The notes beneath the pieces are model-generated. The model ran no database searches. It saw only the letters and a list, made by a program, of their open reading frames with translations, and was not told the DNA's origin. Of a stretch of 64,000 nucleotides of DNA, positions 11,532 to 25,383 are shown in pieces (the first letter of the stretch is position 1; the number at the start of each line of letters is the position of its first letter). The position numbers were made by a program, and so were the translations under genes. Source of the DNA: Botryllus schlosseri (lineage: Eukaryota); assembly GCA_051294905.1 (NCBI GenBank), contig CM119371.1, forward strand, positions 15,624,001-15,688,000, given 5' to 3'.

Positions 11532-14500
11532 GCCTACAGTGTTTTTTTATATCAGTAGCTTCATCTGCAATTCTGTACTCATTGATTTGTTGGTCGACAA
11601 ATAATTTATGTCATGAAAATCCACACAAAGAGTCGAATCTCGGAATTTTGGATTACAAACCTACAGATAGATAGAGATACGCAGAAGCAACATCATTTGG
11701 TAATCCTGATAAGCGCAAGATTTAATGAAAGTGGTCGTGATTGTCAGTTACAATCACACTGATCACACTGACCGAATCAATTCGAAAATATAGTCAAAGC
11801 TTGGTCCGGGCACTAGTACCACTCCGTAATCACCCTCATACTCTGAAATTGGCGTTGTTGCAAATGAAACTGTTCCACAAATTTTCAAGAGATATTCGCT
11901 TCTGATACGAAAACAGTAGATTCTTATCGTTTTTTAGACGCTCTATCCATAAATGTCAAATTGAAATTTTCATTTTTAATGTACAGTTCATCCGCACATG
12001 GCAGTTCTTGGTGCACTCTATTCAAAGCAAAAGCTAAAATCTACAAATACTGTATTAATTGCATGCATTGAAAAGGTTGAGAACTACTGATGTGATTTGC
12101 TGAAAGTGGAAACTGGTGTCATTACTTGGTATTACATGGTAGTAGTTGTATTTTAATGTGGTTGAGTCAGTCTAATATTGCACTTGGACCCTGACTTTAT
12201 GGGATGATTAATCATGTCTACTGTCAAATCATTAAGCATGCTAATCTACCAATTGCCTATAGCAGTGGCCGGGAACCTATGGCTCACGAGCCATATATGG
12301 CTCTTTTGAGTATAAGATATGGCTTTTTGCCAAATATGTATTTTTGTACTGAATTGATCAATATTGCAGCGGCTTGTTAGTAAATTTTCATCACGACCAG
12401 AATAATTATTCTTGTGGCAGTATAAACATGTCTTTGAGAGTTAAAGACAATGCCGTCTTCAGGTTTAGGTGCTCAAACTCTTTTCAAAATCCTCAAATTT
12501 AAGTTACTGTCGCGCCGGCGACGAATATTACTCGCGAATTCGATGTAGCCTACCCGACTAGAAATCTTCGGTTGTGCGATTGATCAAAGAGAATATCAGA
12601 CATGGCAACACCAATTTGACAACGCCGTTTTCACATATACATTGTCTTCCTGATCTACGATGCGAAATGAACTGCTGTGGATGTGACATTCACAATACAT
12701 ACTCTAATTATAAACAACGCCATAGCTATCCACGTTCTTGATTGGCAAGTAGCTCTACAGGCGATAACATGGGCGACGCCCATTGGGCATGTAGCGCAAC
12801 GTTATGTTACCGTCGAATACTTTGGGAATTGAGAAGTCGATCAGTATTTAGAATTTCGGAATCAGTGCGACAGGTACATTGGATTAATATCAATTATAAT
12901 AAATTATAAGCTATTTACGATGAATTGCGTTATCAATGTGAATTTGGGAGAAAAATGTTCAAAATCTAGTAGGCCTAATTCATGAACATCAATAGAAAAT
13001 ACCAATAATAATTGAAAGTTTTAAAACATCTTAGAGTGGGTAGGCCTATATAGATTTATGTAGTGACCAGTCATTGAGCACCGAACATTGAGCCTGCAGA
13101 ATCACCGATAGTCGTTCAATGCGTGCTCGGAAGGCAGTAGATCGATACGACGCAGTATGTACCTATTATTGACCGAGTATCACACCCTTGTATCACAAAG
13201 ATTTTACGGGGGGATGTACTATTTCTTAACTATAGTTTCAAATTATTACGTAATTGGTTCCCGTTGAGTACGCACACTCGAGGTATATAGTCCTATTAGT
13301 AGGTGATCAGTTGAGCGATTTCTTTCTACCTGAAAAACGGAATATTTTGACCTAACAAATCAAAATTTTGACGTTTTTTGACCTTAAAATACGTAATTCT
13401 GACACACTTTTTACCTCATGTATGTAAATGAGTTGTTTTCGCACAAAATGTTAGAAATGTATACTTATGGTAGAAATGATCAACATTTATTGTAATACAA
13501 CAAAAGATATTATCCTGCATTCTCGGGTAGAAAGTCTCCGTCCTTAATAAGTGGCTTGCCGAGAATGAAGTAAGAACGTTCAACAGCAGCAGTTGTTGGC
13601 TGGCAACACTTAAGTTGTGCGTACACTGCTGCGACACACCTTGTTGCTTCATTCTGACAAGATCATCTTCATCACAAATTTTCATCATGCGCTTCTTGAT
13701 ATAAGAACCAATGCCCACGCAGATATAAGAACCAATGCCCACGCAGTCTTGCTTCAGTTAGGATATTGCGGTACGTTGAGTATAACACCATGTCAACCTA
13801 TTTCTTTCATATGCCCGTTTATGATTCACAATGTGCAGACAATGGGCCGTCTACAACGGGAGGCCAATAAAGTAGGCTACAAGATGTAAAATGTCAAATA
13901 ATAATAATTTCACCGATTATGATACAAGCAAAATGCTGGTTGCAAAAAATTTTTGAGTTGGTAAACAATTTTGATCTAACACTTAAATTTTGACAAAATT
14001 TTGACTTTTTTGGACATGTCAAAAAATAATCGCCCTATCGATCGGTTGTCTGTTGCTTAAAGTGTTGGGTCTTGCGTTGTCGGATTTGGACTGTGCGTAT
14101 TGTATATTTCGTTTGTGTCTTGTTGCAGAAGCCAATCTCTAGGTCAGAACATGTGCTTTCAACTATTTCAGAATAACCTGAGCAAAGAGCAAATGAGATA
14201 TCTGAATCTACTGTCAATTCTATTATGCTCGTGAAATCTTGTAACAATTTCTATTTTATAACTCCTTGACATTTATTTGTTATGGCCTATTGCTTGACTG
14301 TTCTGTATTATCTGTCATTTGTCATTCATGTTGGTCAGCTGATTTTTTGCGTTCGATCCGAGTTGCGATAATGTTGAACCTTCGTTCACACTCATACACC
14401 TGCTTTAATTTAATGGTGTTGTATCACAGCGTTCCTCTTCCTAAACTTGCGAGTCCAAATTTTGTTTCATTTATATTCGCTTTCTCACAGGAATTAAAAC

Positions 14501-14737
14501 TAGTGATATTCTAGTGTAGAACCGTGTCCCAGCTCCGCTGTATGATATAAAACAGAAGTGTTGGACAAGATTCTCCTGATTTGAATGAATTGACCTTGGG
14601 ATACTCTGCTGTCGGACAGATTCATATTCTCTAAAATCAAATCCCGCTTAACACGGAAACAAGAGCATACGGAGCTGTCATAGGTCAACTATCATATCCT
14701 ATTGGCTTTATTAGTCTTTGTTTTTCATCACATAGAG

Positions 14738-15792
14738 CAGGGGTCCCCAACCTTTTTGCAACCGAGGGCTACTTTTGCGTAATGATTGAAGCGGCGTGCT
14801 ACTATTTACTCTCGCCGTTTACCCGTGTGCCGTACCACAGTGAATTTCCGCTTTGATATTCATAGCACTGGGCAGGACTGGACATCATGTTATCTGTTTC
14901 TATAGCAGTCAGTGGGAAGCCTGAAATTGTATGATATCAAGTAGTGCGCTGTACACTTGTATGTAGCTTGACACTGCAATTATGAGTGAGTGTTCCAGAT
15001 GTGCATTGATTAAGCGTGTTTTGTGTTTGTTTTTGATGAAGTTCATGTCCGAAAAGGCTGATTCACAACGATAAGTTGAACCATAGACGCCTGCAACCTT
15101 CATAGCTGCTGCGCATACACCACTGTACTTTTCCGTATCAACAAGGCATCAAACGTTTGCTGCAGACTTAAGTGTTGGTCAATTTTGCAGTGCTACAATT
15201 CCCCAACTGTTCAGCATCCAGAAATAACAAGATTTCATTATACCGGACAGCAGCAACGATTACAGAAAGTTAGAAACATGGTATATTAAACTGCGTTGAG
15301 TGTAACAGAAACAAGCTGTGTCAAAAGATGCAATACATAATGGGTATACAGACATTGAAAATCTGTTAGTATTTCACGGCTATCTGACTCCGAATAGTAA
15401 TATTGTTTACTACTTTGGCATTGTCCTGGACGTCGAGCTATCATAACGGAACCCCCCGCCATTTCAAGAAGACCATGGATGGCATTCCGTCATGTCGCCT
15501 GTATAGGCAATGCGCCGCATCTTCGATTTCTGGTGATTCTATCACATACATCTTATTACAAATTGTAATTGAGGATACTTTCAAGTGCTTATATATGTAA
15601 GTTACATGTTAGTGTGTTTAAAACAAGAATAGCTGAATCAATCAATCTATATATCTAAAAGCTCACTGGTAATAATCTGACCAATATTGGTAAATGCTAC
15701 TATTCCACCTATTTTTAGAATGGGCTCGCGGGTTATTCATCTATACCTCACGGGCTACCTGGGGCCCGCGGGCACCGGGTTGGTGAACGCTG
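14738..15792 (-). mobile_element. Deleted hAT (Buster/Charlie-type) element retaining the transposase C-terminal dimerisation domain
   Basis: Ends CAGGGGTCCCCAACC and (rc) CAGCGTTCACCAACC; degenerate TSD ACATAGAG/ATATAGTG (6/8). Minus-strand 14909-15103 encodes YGSTYRCESAFSDMNFIKNKHKTRL...HLEHSL, the hAT dimerisation motif. Confidence 0.75.
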
Positions 15793-16177
15793 ATATAGTG
15801 GATTGCCCATCTGATCGCAATAGCTGGTCTGTCGTTGAGCCGTGGTGAAAACTCTGTAATTAGCCTAAGATATCGGGAGGACCGTACTCTGTAATGTTTT
15901 CATTTGGACATGGCCACCTGGTGAAGGAGTGTCCTTCTGCTTACACCAGGCGCCCATGAGTTGGTTCTTACTGCAAATCTAGACATTTTCACGAGCACCC
16001 ACAAGTCAGTTTTGACCACTGCATCGTAATGCTCCAGCTCATGTGTACAGTTCATAATAGTTTGGCCTAGTCTGACTCATTTTATGTGATATGTGTTATT
16101 ATTCATGTTCACTGTGAAAACAGATTATGTCTTCAATTTTTTTTATACAGCATATGCTTATTTAGTGACTAGCCATC

Positions 16178-17779
16178 ATGGTGAGAATGGTATGTTTGGA
16201 TGCAGAAAAGCATGGAGTGTCTATGATGGCTGAATTGCATCAAATGAAGCAAGATAACGAACATTGTGATTTCATAATTCAAGTCGGAGATGATGTCTAT
16301 CCTACCCACAAAAACGTATTGTCGGCTGGTTCCGCATATTTTAGAGCCATGCTGAAACATGACACAAAAGAGAGTCGCGAGGGAAGAGTCGTTTTAAAAG
16401 ATGTCGATTCAGAATGTATCAAAAGTTGCATTGATTTCATATATTCGAGTAAATTTGAGATTCCAGATGGCAAAACCATTGAACTTCTTCACGTCGCAAT
16501 TATGATGCAGTTGGAAGATGTGAAAGATGCAATATCCGATATTTTGGCGGAATCAATTACCGTTGAGAATTACTTCTCTACAAGAAATGTTGGTGATATT
16601 TATGGACTGGTTGATGTCACATCAAGATGCAGAATATTTTTACAAGAAAATATCATGGAGATCGCAAATGAGGCTGGATTTGGAAGCGTTGAAAAAAGTG
16701 ACTTCTTAAATCTCTTGAAGTCGGCAAAATCAAAGTTATGGGAAGAAGATAAATTAGTTTTAACGCTCAAGTGGATTGAAAGATGCGAAAAGAAGGAAAA
16801 TTTGTACGAATGTCTAGAATTGATTGAATTTGTCGAAATATCTCCTGTGTTTTTGCAAGAACTTCTAGAAACTCACTCTATTTTCAAGCGTGACTCCGAG
16901 TTAGACAATTTGATCAGGAGCCATATTCAAAAAGCATCAGTTGAACTGGTAAAAAAGAAGGAATTGATAATCCTTTTTGACGAGGATACCGATTGTATTC
17001 GATCCTTCAATCCAATTTCTGAGAAAATAACCAAGTTTCACGATGCAAAGTTTCGGCATTTCGATTGTTTTGAAACGATTGTTCTCCACCAGTATATTTA
17101 TGTTATGTGTCAGAGTAAATCCGTTCACCGGCTCAATGTTAAGAGAAAAAATTCAAATTGGCAAAAGATGGAAGATATGATATTTGACCACGGGCGGTTC
17201 CCTTGCTCAGTGACATTGTCAGGATCCATATTTGTCATCGGAGGAAGTATTGGCGAAGAATCAAAGGATGTGGAAAGATTTGACCCCTCTGTAAATCAAT
17301 GGGTTCAACTGCAAAAAAGGCCTGCAGCAATTTGTGATGCAAGTCTTGTATCACTGGATGATTCCATTTATTGTATAGGAGGCTGGCGAGATGATGTCGA
17401 AGTTTCTTCATTCTGTAGATTCACTCCATCCTCGTCACAGTGGGTTGACCTTGAATCAATGGGACATACTGTGTGTAACTGTGGTGTTGTGGCAATTGAT
17501 CAAAAGATATTTGTGATCGGTGGGTCGACTTACGATTCTAGCATAGATATTGTTAAATGTTACGATGTCACCTCGGCTCAGTGGACTTCATTGCCATCTA
17601 TGACTTATGGAGTTTGCAACGCAGCTTATCACATCGGCAACTGGATTTATATAATGGAAGATTACAGCGAATCTTGTTACATTGGAAAGTATGATTTGAT
17701 AAACAGAAAATGGCATAGAGTGGATGGTGGCACAGATCAACATTTTCGACTTCACGGATCTGCAATGGTGAAGGTGTAG
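16178..17779 (+). CDS. Kelch-like protein (BTB-BACK-Kelch), 533 aa, intronless CDS
   Basis: BTB (HCDFIIQV...THKNVLSAGSAYFRAML...CIDFIYSS), BACK-like helical region, Kelch repeats (GSIFVIGG, DSIYCIGG, QKIFVIGG, VERFDP, W..LPSM). A TTTTTATACAG acceptor-like site at about 16139-16149 suggests a 5' UTR intron. Confidence 0.93.
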   Translation: MVRMVCLDAEKHGVSMMAELHQMKQDNEHCDFIIQVGDDVYPTHKNVLSAGSAYFRAMLKHDTKESREGRVVLKDVDSECIKSCIDFIYSSKFEIPDGKTIELLHVAIMMQLEDVKDAISDILAESITVENYFSTRNVGDIYGLVDVTSRCRIFLQENIMEIANEAGFGSVEKSDFLNLLKSAKSKLWEEDKLVLTLKWIERCEKKENLYECLELIEFVEISPVFLQELLETHSIFKRDSELDNLIRSHIQKASVELVKKKELIILFDEDTDCIRSFNPISEKITKFHDAKFRHFDCFETIVLHQYIYVMCQSKSVHRLNVKRKNSNWQKMEDMIFDHGRFPCSVTLSGSIFVIGGSIGEESKDVERFDPSVNQWVQLQKRPAAICDASLVSLDDSIYCIGGWRDDVEVSSFCRFTPSSSQWVDLESMGHTVCNCGVVAIDQKIFVIGGSTYDSSIDIVKCYDVTSAQWTSLPSMTYGVCNAAYHIGNWIYIMEDYSESCYIGKYDLINRKWHRVDGGTDQHFRLHGSAMVKV

Positions 17780-19139
17780 ATAACTGATTCTTCAACTGAA
17801 TGCTGTGCCTCTCCAAGGAGGACGTTGCATATTCGAACATGAACAAAATCCTCTGTGTGAATAATATTTCAATGAGCATTATTGAGCATGGAATAAGTTT
17901 TAGTTGTGTTAAAACTTGAAACTGATTTCTTTGTGGATTTGAAATGACATTGTGTTTCGTTCAATCTGATTGCACAATGCATATCTACTAGATGACATCT
18001 CATTTGTATGACAAAATTGGTGTTTTTCAAGTCATACATTTAAAAGTACAGTTTCAATCGTTAGAATACAGAAATGAAGCAGTTTCGAGTAAGACTAGGC
18101 TATGTTATATTGTTGGCCTAATTAATCGAGTCTTACACCTAACCATTATCCAACCTCTCTGAACCTAACCTCATCAAAACGGCGAATCCGAATTCATAAC
18201 CCTGACCATATTTGTCATTGACTTTGGAACTGATTTGACCTTGCGACCTGAACTTGACGTATTTGTACCTCAAATGTCATTATCACTCATTAATTTTCAT
18301 TCAATCGACTCTTAAACGTTTCAAGTGTTTACCGTTTATTCCATGTGCTGTATACCCACGTTTCGTTTTGATCAACTTCAGAGCTTGGAGCCACAATAAA
18401 AAATTCTGAAGCAAACTCAGCGTTCTGCATGCATGTCTAATAGGGCTGTTCAAAATTAGCTTTTTTTCCAGAATCTTGCTGGCTATGTGATTAAATCGTT
18501 AGGTTGCCTTAAAAACGACGCACACCAAATTTGAATTCATTCCACCCAATAATCGCGGATTTCGTACAGTTTGAAAATTTTTAATTTACCCAAAGATGCA
18601 AAAAAAATTTTTTCACATTTTTCAGTCAACCCCATGAAATTGTTGCGCTGTCTTCAAAGACGATGCAAGACAATTTTGACTCAATTCCAACCCGTTGAAG
18701 CGGAGTTATTTGAGTTTTTCGGTAATAATTCTTGTTTCGCATATTTTCCGAGGTGACCGAAGTCGCGACTATATTTATCAATAGTGCATATTTCATTTTT
18801 CATGAACTGATGCCGAATAAAATATTACGAACAAAAATTACAATTTTTCATGTAATTGTAATTGAAGCATTTCCGTTCAAAATTTTGTACAATAAAATAA
18901 TATTGAAAACTAGTGACTCGATTTGACCATAATCTTCAGTGTCTGATTCGAATCGGCAGTGATTTTATTTTGCTCATCCTGATATTTTGATGTTGTCACC
19001 CATGATTGATTAATAGTAGTACTCAACATATCGTTCTAATCTATTTTGACAACTAGGCCTAATCTATTTGATACGTATCAAATTTTTCTTTTTCATCAAG
19101 TTTAAAATTGAGAGACGCGAGTTATATCAATAGTAAGTT

Positions 19140-19290
19140 GTATTGACTCGAGTCGCGAATTTTTGGTGACTCGACCTGACTCAAGTCATTTTAAAAATGG
19201 AAAATAACTTGACTCCATTTGAGACAATTTGTGTATTGACTCTACTGGTACTCGAGTCATGCATGTCATAAGACTTTAGCTAGACTTGGA
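19140..19290 (-). repeat. GACTCGAGTC MITE fragment
   Basis: Aligns with the reverse complement of about 62830-63024. Confidence 0.6.
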
Positions 19291-20082
19291 TGGCCTAGAC
19301 AAGCATTTCGTTGCAACCTCGAAGAATAGAAAGCTACCACATTATTAATGGTATTTCGTCTATCAGTACTGGTATTTGCGAAATAACAGAGATGGCCAGT
19401 AACGAATTACTTCTAATTTTTCTAAGTTCTCGAGTAATTTTTCTCTACTTCCTGTACTGCCACGAGTAGAACTAATTTTTCGCTTCTTGTACTTCTACTT
19501 CATCGGCTTTGGTGACTTTTCGCTATTTCGAGATTGTCAAGTAGAAGTAATACTTCCAATGAGAGAGGGACAGTTTTATTTAGTAAAACTCCATTCAAAA
19601 ATAAAATACGAGCTGCAGCGTTACGATCCTTAGAGTCTCCTGCGGATCATACCGCCAGCTGCATTGATGTAATACAAAAGTCTTTCTAGTCGTGTCTCGC
19701 GTCACAAATAAATTGAGAACAGGTCGAGCAATAGCAGGTTAGAAGATCGGGAAATTCAGTGTCTGTTTTCGAGGAGAGCCTCTTTTACCAAGGTGCTGTT
19801 GTTCAGCGTGCATAATGGGTTGGGCATTCGCTCACCTGCAAAGGTGCAAAACCGCGACCAGGCTAAAATATCTTGGTTGAATGGGCCGATGATAGTGTAG
19901 CAAGACGAGGACACAACATCGTGTGGCGTCAAAGATAATGGCATTCTTCCGTTCTGTACAAGATTAAAAGGAATTGTTCACACACAACGACAAAATGTAA
20001 GTGTACCATGCTCAAGGTCAGGGACAATGTTCCCTCTAAGCTGCGCACGTGAGCAAATGCGCAGTGCTGACATGGTCTAGGC

Positions 20083-21920
20083 CAGTGGTTCTTAACCTTG
20101 CTCCCAGCGCCCCCCAGGGGGCGCTGGCGATTTTGAAGGGGGCGGAAACGCTCAGGGGGCGATATGGGGGGCGCTGGGCTCAAGGGGGGCGGTATGGGGG
20201 GCGCTGGAGAAAAATGGCTTCGCAGTAGATGATGTGGTGATAGGACATATCCTTAATGAGTATTCAGAGCAAATTAACACCGAAAACTTCGTTATATATA
20301 GCCTTCAAAATACATATAGGTTTAATTGTCCATGGGCGCCTAAATGACTGGCACCGAATGTTCCTGTCTTGGCAATCTGAACCCCAGAACACGAATTCCA
20401 TCTGCAGGGAAAATTATATGCCAGTGAAGAAATACCAATTTGAAATCGTGTGTGTCTCTTAGTCTAGTACGATTGGGCGACAGGGATATTCCTGTTGAGC
20501 GATATCCCTGTTGGGCGATTCTATATTTTTTGATATTGCAGACAGGAGGTCACGAAATAACACCATGCAACGAAGTCATATTAACGGGTTCGCCCGCCCG
20601 AATATGTTTAACTATTAGTTACGGGCCCTACAGTTTCCAAGACACCTCACAATGTTCGCTTCAAGTTTTGATGAGTCTGCGCACACTCAACAACTCACCG
20701 CGCTGACCTTAAAAAAAGGTCATAACTTCGGATTTGTTGTGAGCAACGTAGATTTCTGTGCGCAGAGACGGTGTCAGCACTGCGCACGTGCGCAGCTTTG
20801 AGGGAACATTGCATCTCACTCAGCTCTATCGGTAAATCTGGTAACGTGAGCATAGAGGACAAGAAATTGATAGCAATATATTTGCACTCCCCGGTCTTAC
20901 TGACCGATTTTAGCATGAATTGTCGAAAGTTTTCGCGCTTCGCACTGGCTCTCTAAACAGCACAGCTGATTCCGTGGCAAAAGCGAACAACGTGATGGGG
21001 GGGGGTCGGTTTATCACCCTATGGGAGCCCAAGACCCAAGTTTTTTCGGGGGCCTGACGAAGTGACGTTTCGTTCCTGCCAACGGGTATACGACCGAAGA
21101 TGTATAATTATTATTGAGGGGTCCTACCTTTTTAAACACATATCACTCAGCTCTACCGGTAAAACTGTTTACGTGAGCAGAGAGAGGATAAAAATTGATC
21201 TCAATTTACATGCAATTCCCGATCATATTGACCAATTTCAATCATTAATTAGTGAAATTTTTCGCGCTTCGCGCGTGTAGGCGCGAGTAACTGCCTCTGT
21301 AAATGGACACCCTATGTAGATACCTAGTATCAGCAAATAACGGACAGCCGAATGGGGTCTGGGGGTGAAGTCCCCCGGAAGGTTGGTTTATCACCCGATG
21401 GAGGCCCAGGACCAACGTTTTTTGTTTGGGGGGGAGTGACGAAGTGCTGTTACGGCCCTGGTAACGAATTAATTGTACCTACGGGCACGCCCGAATATGT
21501 TTGATTATTAATTACGTGCCCTTTATTTTCCCATACAACACCTCACTCAGTGCTACTGGCAAATCTGATTACGTGGGCTGAGAGGATAAAAAGTTTGTAG
21601 CGACTTATATATGTAATTACCACCTATTCATTGATGCATTATAGAATATTTTGGTACCTATAGGGCGACCAGGCCACACAAACTTTGCTGACCATCGAAA
21701 TCATGCTACGGGGTTCTTGTGGGCGAAGCCCTCAGAAGTTTGGTTTATCAGGCTATGGGTGCGCACGGCAATCGTTTTTAGGGGGGCATACAAAGTGCTG
21801 TTACGGCCCGCCCTCTTACTCATTGTCTTTATTACATTCCTTACAATATGAGGTTGGGGGGCGCTGGAGCACGATAATTTTGAAAGGGGGCGCTGGAGGA
21901 AAAAAGGTTAAGAACCACTG
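20083..21920. mobile_element. hAT-type MITE with internal tandem units
   Basis: Perfect TIR CAGTGGTTCTTAACC, perfect TSD GTCTAGGC (20075-20082, 21921-21928), GGGGGCGCTGG subterminal repeats. Internal units (CACTCAG..CT.CCGGTAAA.CTG.TTACGTG.GC) at about 20815, 21145 and 21545. Confidence 0.88.
20650..20811. mobile_element. Second CAATGTTC-type MITE nested inside 20083-21920
   Basis: Ends CAATGTTCGCTTCAAG and TTTGAGGGAACATTG; flanks CACCTCAC/CATCTCAC. Confidence 0.55.
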
Positions 21921-22639
21921 GTCTAGGCGCACAGAAAATCTAAGTTGCGCACAAAAAATCCGAAGTGCTGACTCTTTTTTTAGTCGTTACGCACTGTTGT
22001 CCGAGGGTCTGCGCAGTGAGTGTGCGCAGACTCGTGAAAAATTAGACGGAAAATTGGTCAGGGGATGAGGATTGAGTCATGGGCGAGTTCTTAAAGTGAC
22101 CATTGAAGGTCGACACACAAAAAGTCGATCAATCTTGGGTGGTAGAATCACGGAAATAACCGAACCCTGAGATTCACATTACCACTTCTGTATGGCTGTT
22201 CCTACAGATTTTCATAGTAGAATTGGTGTGGCAAAGGTAGTATCTGATGTTCCGGTATTGAACTTCCGGCTGTTGCAAAAGATTCATCTGCAGTAGATCA
22301 ATGGTTATAGGCCTACTAGGGTTACCCTTTGGAAATCTGAAATAAGCAAACTTTTTCAAAATATTCAGACCTATGATACTGAAGTAAAATCCGGAAACTG
22401 ATAAATACTCGACTCCAGAAATATACCTTTTGTTTTATTTTACGTTGTTGGTTTCTTAAAAAAAGGGCAACTTTCCGGCCACCTTACACAGTATACACAG
22501 CTAACCTACGTTGTTTAGCAATTCTATGAATGCGTGAGCTATACAACGCATTCTTGCATGTCAATTTAATTCTATATTCTGTCCTGAATGGCGAATGCAA
22601 TGACTTATAATCATACCTCGTATTTCGTAAAGATAATTT

Positions 22640-22794
22640 GACTTGACTTGACTTGACTTGACTTGACGACTTGACTTGACTTGACTTGACTCGAGTCATC
22701 TCCAAAAATCGAGTGACTCGACTTGACTCAGTCAAAATGTGCAATAATTCGAGATGACTTATGACCTGAAGGTAGAGACTCTATCCCAACACTG
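22640..22794 (-). repeat. GACTCGAGTC MITE end with (GACTT)n array
   Basis: (GACTT)n array, GACTCGAGTC and terminal CCCAACACTG. Confidence 0.65.
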
Positions 22795-24826
22795 AATCGA
22801 TTTCTTCGTAAAAGAAAGATGACTTTTTCTCTTTTGTGGCCTGACATAAACTGAACAAGAACATTCGTGAACAAAGAAATAGTGCGACATAATATCGGGT
22901 TATTGATAGCAGAATCGTCGAAATTTCAAATTCCACCACTTATTATCACGCATGTGGATAGTAGTGGGGTGTGTTGTAGTATGATTGAAGGACCATCGCC
23001 ATGGCATGTGCCAGGTTATCAATACAATAGAGACAGCTCCCCGCAGGTGGATGATAATAATCAAATCTTTGCCTACTTACAAATATAGCGTAATTATTGA
23101 TATCTTTTTATATAAAAAGTTAAATGGGGTTTGAACTTTACTGCTATAGGCGAGAAGTATATGCCTAGATCTGACAAAGATTTGAAATTTTGTACACGTC
23201 AAATTACAAATGACGATTTCCATATCGACGCTTCATAAGCATCAACCGCTGCTAGCTGATATGAATCAAAACCAAGCTGTCCTTTGCCGTTACTCCACGG
23301 CAGTGGATTGTATACAATAGGCACAGTGGCACACGTATGTTCGTTTACACTGCGAGCAGGGATATATAGAGTTCTCGTAGAGTGCTCGTAGCATTATTCA
23401 TTATGGCAGAATTACATGTTCTCTTCATCTTATATCCTCATATGGTTCTACTTGAAAGCTGCGCAAATCTGCAAAACTTCGCGGAAGACATAATTTTCGC
23501 AACGAGTCACAAAAACAAAAATAATAGAGCGATGATCTTTTGCTTTGGGCTTTTCGGTTGGATTCAGTTCTTGATATGGGCACATTCAGCCCGAAACTCG
23601 GGCCCCCACTAGCGGGTCGTTATTTCGAAATTCTCTACTCGAAATTTGAACGTGCCGCCATAGCCACCCGATTATACACCAAGTATGTGTGGGTTGGTGC
23701 AGACTGCGGAGCATGGTGCAGAGCCGGATTGGTTATCCGGCCAGACTTTTCCATTTTTGGCCGGAGCTGGATCAGTACTTTTTTATACGTTTTAGCGATT
23801 TCCATATCTCTTGACATACCAGATATAGGCGGGCACGAAATAGCATCATGTAACGAAGTCAATATACCAACGGGTCCTCCCGAAGATGTTTCATTATTGT
23901 TTAGATGCCCAACACGTCACTCAGCTCTGCAGGTAAATCTGATTACGTGAGCAGAAAGAGAGAAAATTGTGACTTTACTGTTTGCTGTTATGGTTTCTCT
24001 TCCAGGTATTCATGTGTGCAAGAATAGACTAGATCAAAACTAAGTAATTTTACCGCACGCAGGGACGTGATGATTATCGGGATACGGGACTTTTCTAACC
24101 AATTCAGATATTTGATGATGATTGACACATCTGTACGGAATCATATTCTTGCTTGGTACACGGATTTCCATGTTTATTCGCTATTATCCTTGAAAAATGC
24201 GCATAAACCAAAGAGGGGGGGCTTCGGCCAGGGGGCCCGGGCGACCACCCATCTCGCCCACCCCAAAAGCCACTACTGAGTATAGACCATGCATGAACTC
24301 TTTACTTCGACACGATGCAGAAAAATGCGTTCCAAATTCATAAATCTATTTAAAATCAGATGTTTTACATCACTAATGGACAAGCATTCAACATTTTACA
24401 TTATGGAATTGAGATATCGAATTCCAATATATTTGGCGGATCGGCACCGGTCCATCGACCGGCTGTTGAGAACCACTGAGAGACATCTATTCGAGTGAAT
24501 TATATAGTCCGTGGTCGACGTGTGTGCAAAGTCAAGTCAGGGAACGAGCGTCATCAAATCCGATATGAAGCTGCGGTCCGAACTCCGAACTCAGAAGTAA
24601 GGCCTCAGATCGAAAGTCCACGCAGTGATCGAATCTCGAATCAGCCAGCTATGTTCAGTACCAAGGTTCTTGCGCGCTAATATTAATATTCGCGTTTTTC
24701 TCTGTTCAAAGCGAGATTTCCAAGACAACAGCGATGCTAAAGCATGATGCAGATTCGATACACCGTGATTAAAAGAGAGATGCACTGATGCATGACTATG
24801 TAAAATCCGTTGCGCGAAGTTCCTAC

Positions 24827-25252
24827 TATAGATAACTAACCTACGGATAGATGCGCAACACGTAATTCACGGTCGAGTGATGCGACAACGGCAGATTTGT
24901 AGCTTTCAAAGTCTGAAAATCGGCATTGTTCTGAACAATCGCAACGGCGCAGCACAATGACCATAACAACGGTCTTTGCGCGGTTGCGATTGTTTAGAAC
25001 AATGCCGATTTTCAGACTTTGAAGGTTATTTCGGGGTGGTTCCATTGCCTTGATAAAAGTTTAATGTACATCACCAGAATCAGCGCGACTGTAGCTTTCA
25101 AATAAGATCAACTTTATTTAATTTGAGCGCTCAGGTCGTCAGCTATGGGATTAGCAATTACGTTGCGTTCAGATTGCTGAGCAGTATTTCCCTTCGAGCA
25201 AGCAAGCGTGACGACGGGTGTTGGGTATCTATCCGTAGGTTAGTTGTCTATA
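24827..25252. mobile_element. MITE with TIRs of about 35 bp, a 7-bp TSD and a central 47-bp-arm hairpin (possibly P superfamily)
   Basis: TIR TATAGA(T/C)AACTAACCTACGGATAGAT; TTCCTAC repeated directly at 24820-24826 and 25253-25259; inverted arms 24905-24951 and 24977-25023. Confidence 0.75.
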
Positions 25253-25383
25253 TTCCTACGCTCATTTGGTATGCATCTCTTGCGTAGTAAAGAGTGGAGG
25301 CAGAGAAATCAGGATTATGATGAATAATGTGTACCCAAGTTATTGCAGGCCCGTGAGAAACCAATAATTGAGTCACCTACGTC

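Larger units (their letters stand above)
20025..22056. mobile_element. Small CAATGTTCCCTCTAA-type MITE split by a nested hAT element
   Basis: Left end CAATGTTCCCTCTAAG, right end TTAGACGGAAAATTG; TSD GTCAGGGA/GTCAGGGG (7/8). Confidence 0.65.

Noticed and set aside
13416-14688. Minus-strand ORFs (13416-13742, 14035-14247, 14500-14688) as exons of an LRR-like gene
   Set aside because: Only vague leucine periodicity; I could not find a consistent set of splice sites and phases, and neighbouring frames contain stops.
19133-22794. One large GACTCGAGTC element spanning both fragments
   Set aside because: Orientation fits, but the left TIR is too decayed and no TSD could be matched, so it is left as two fragments.
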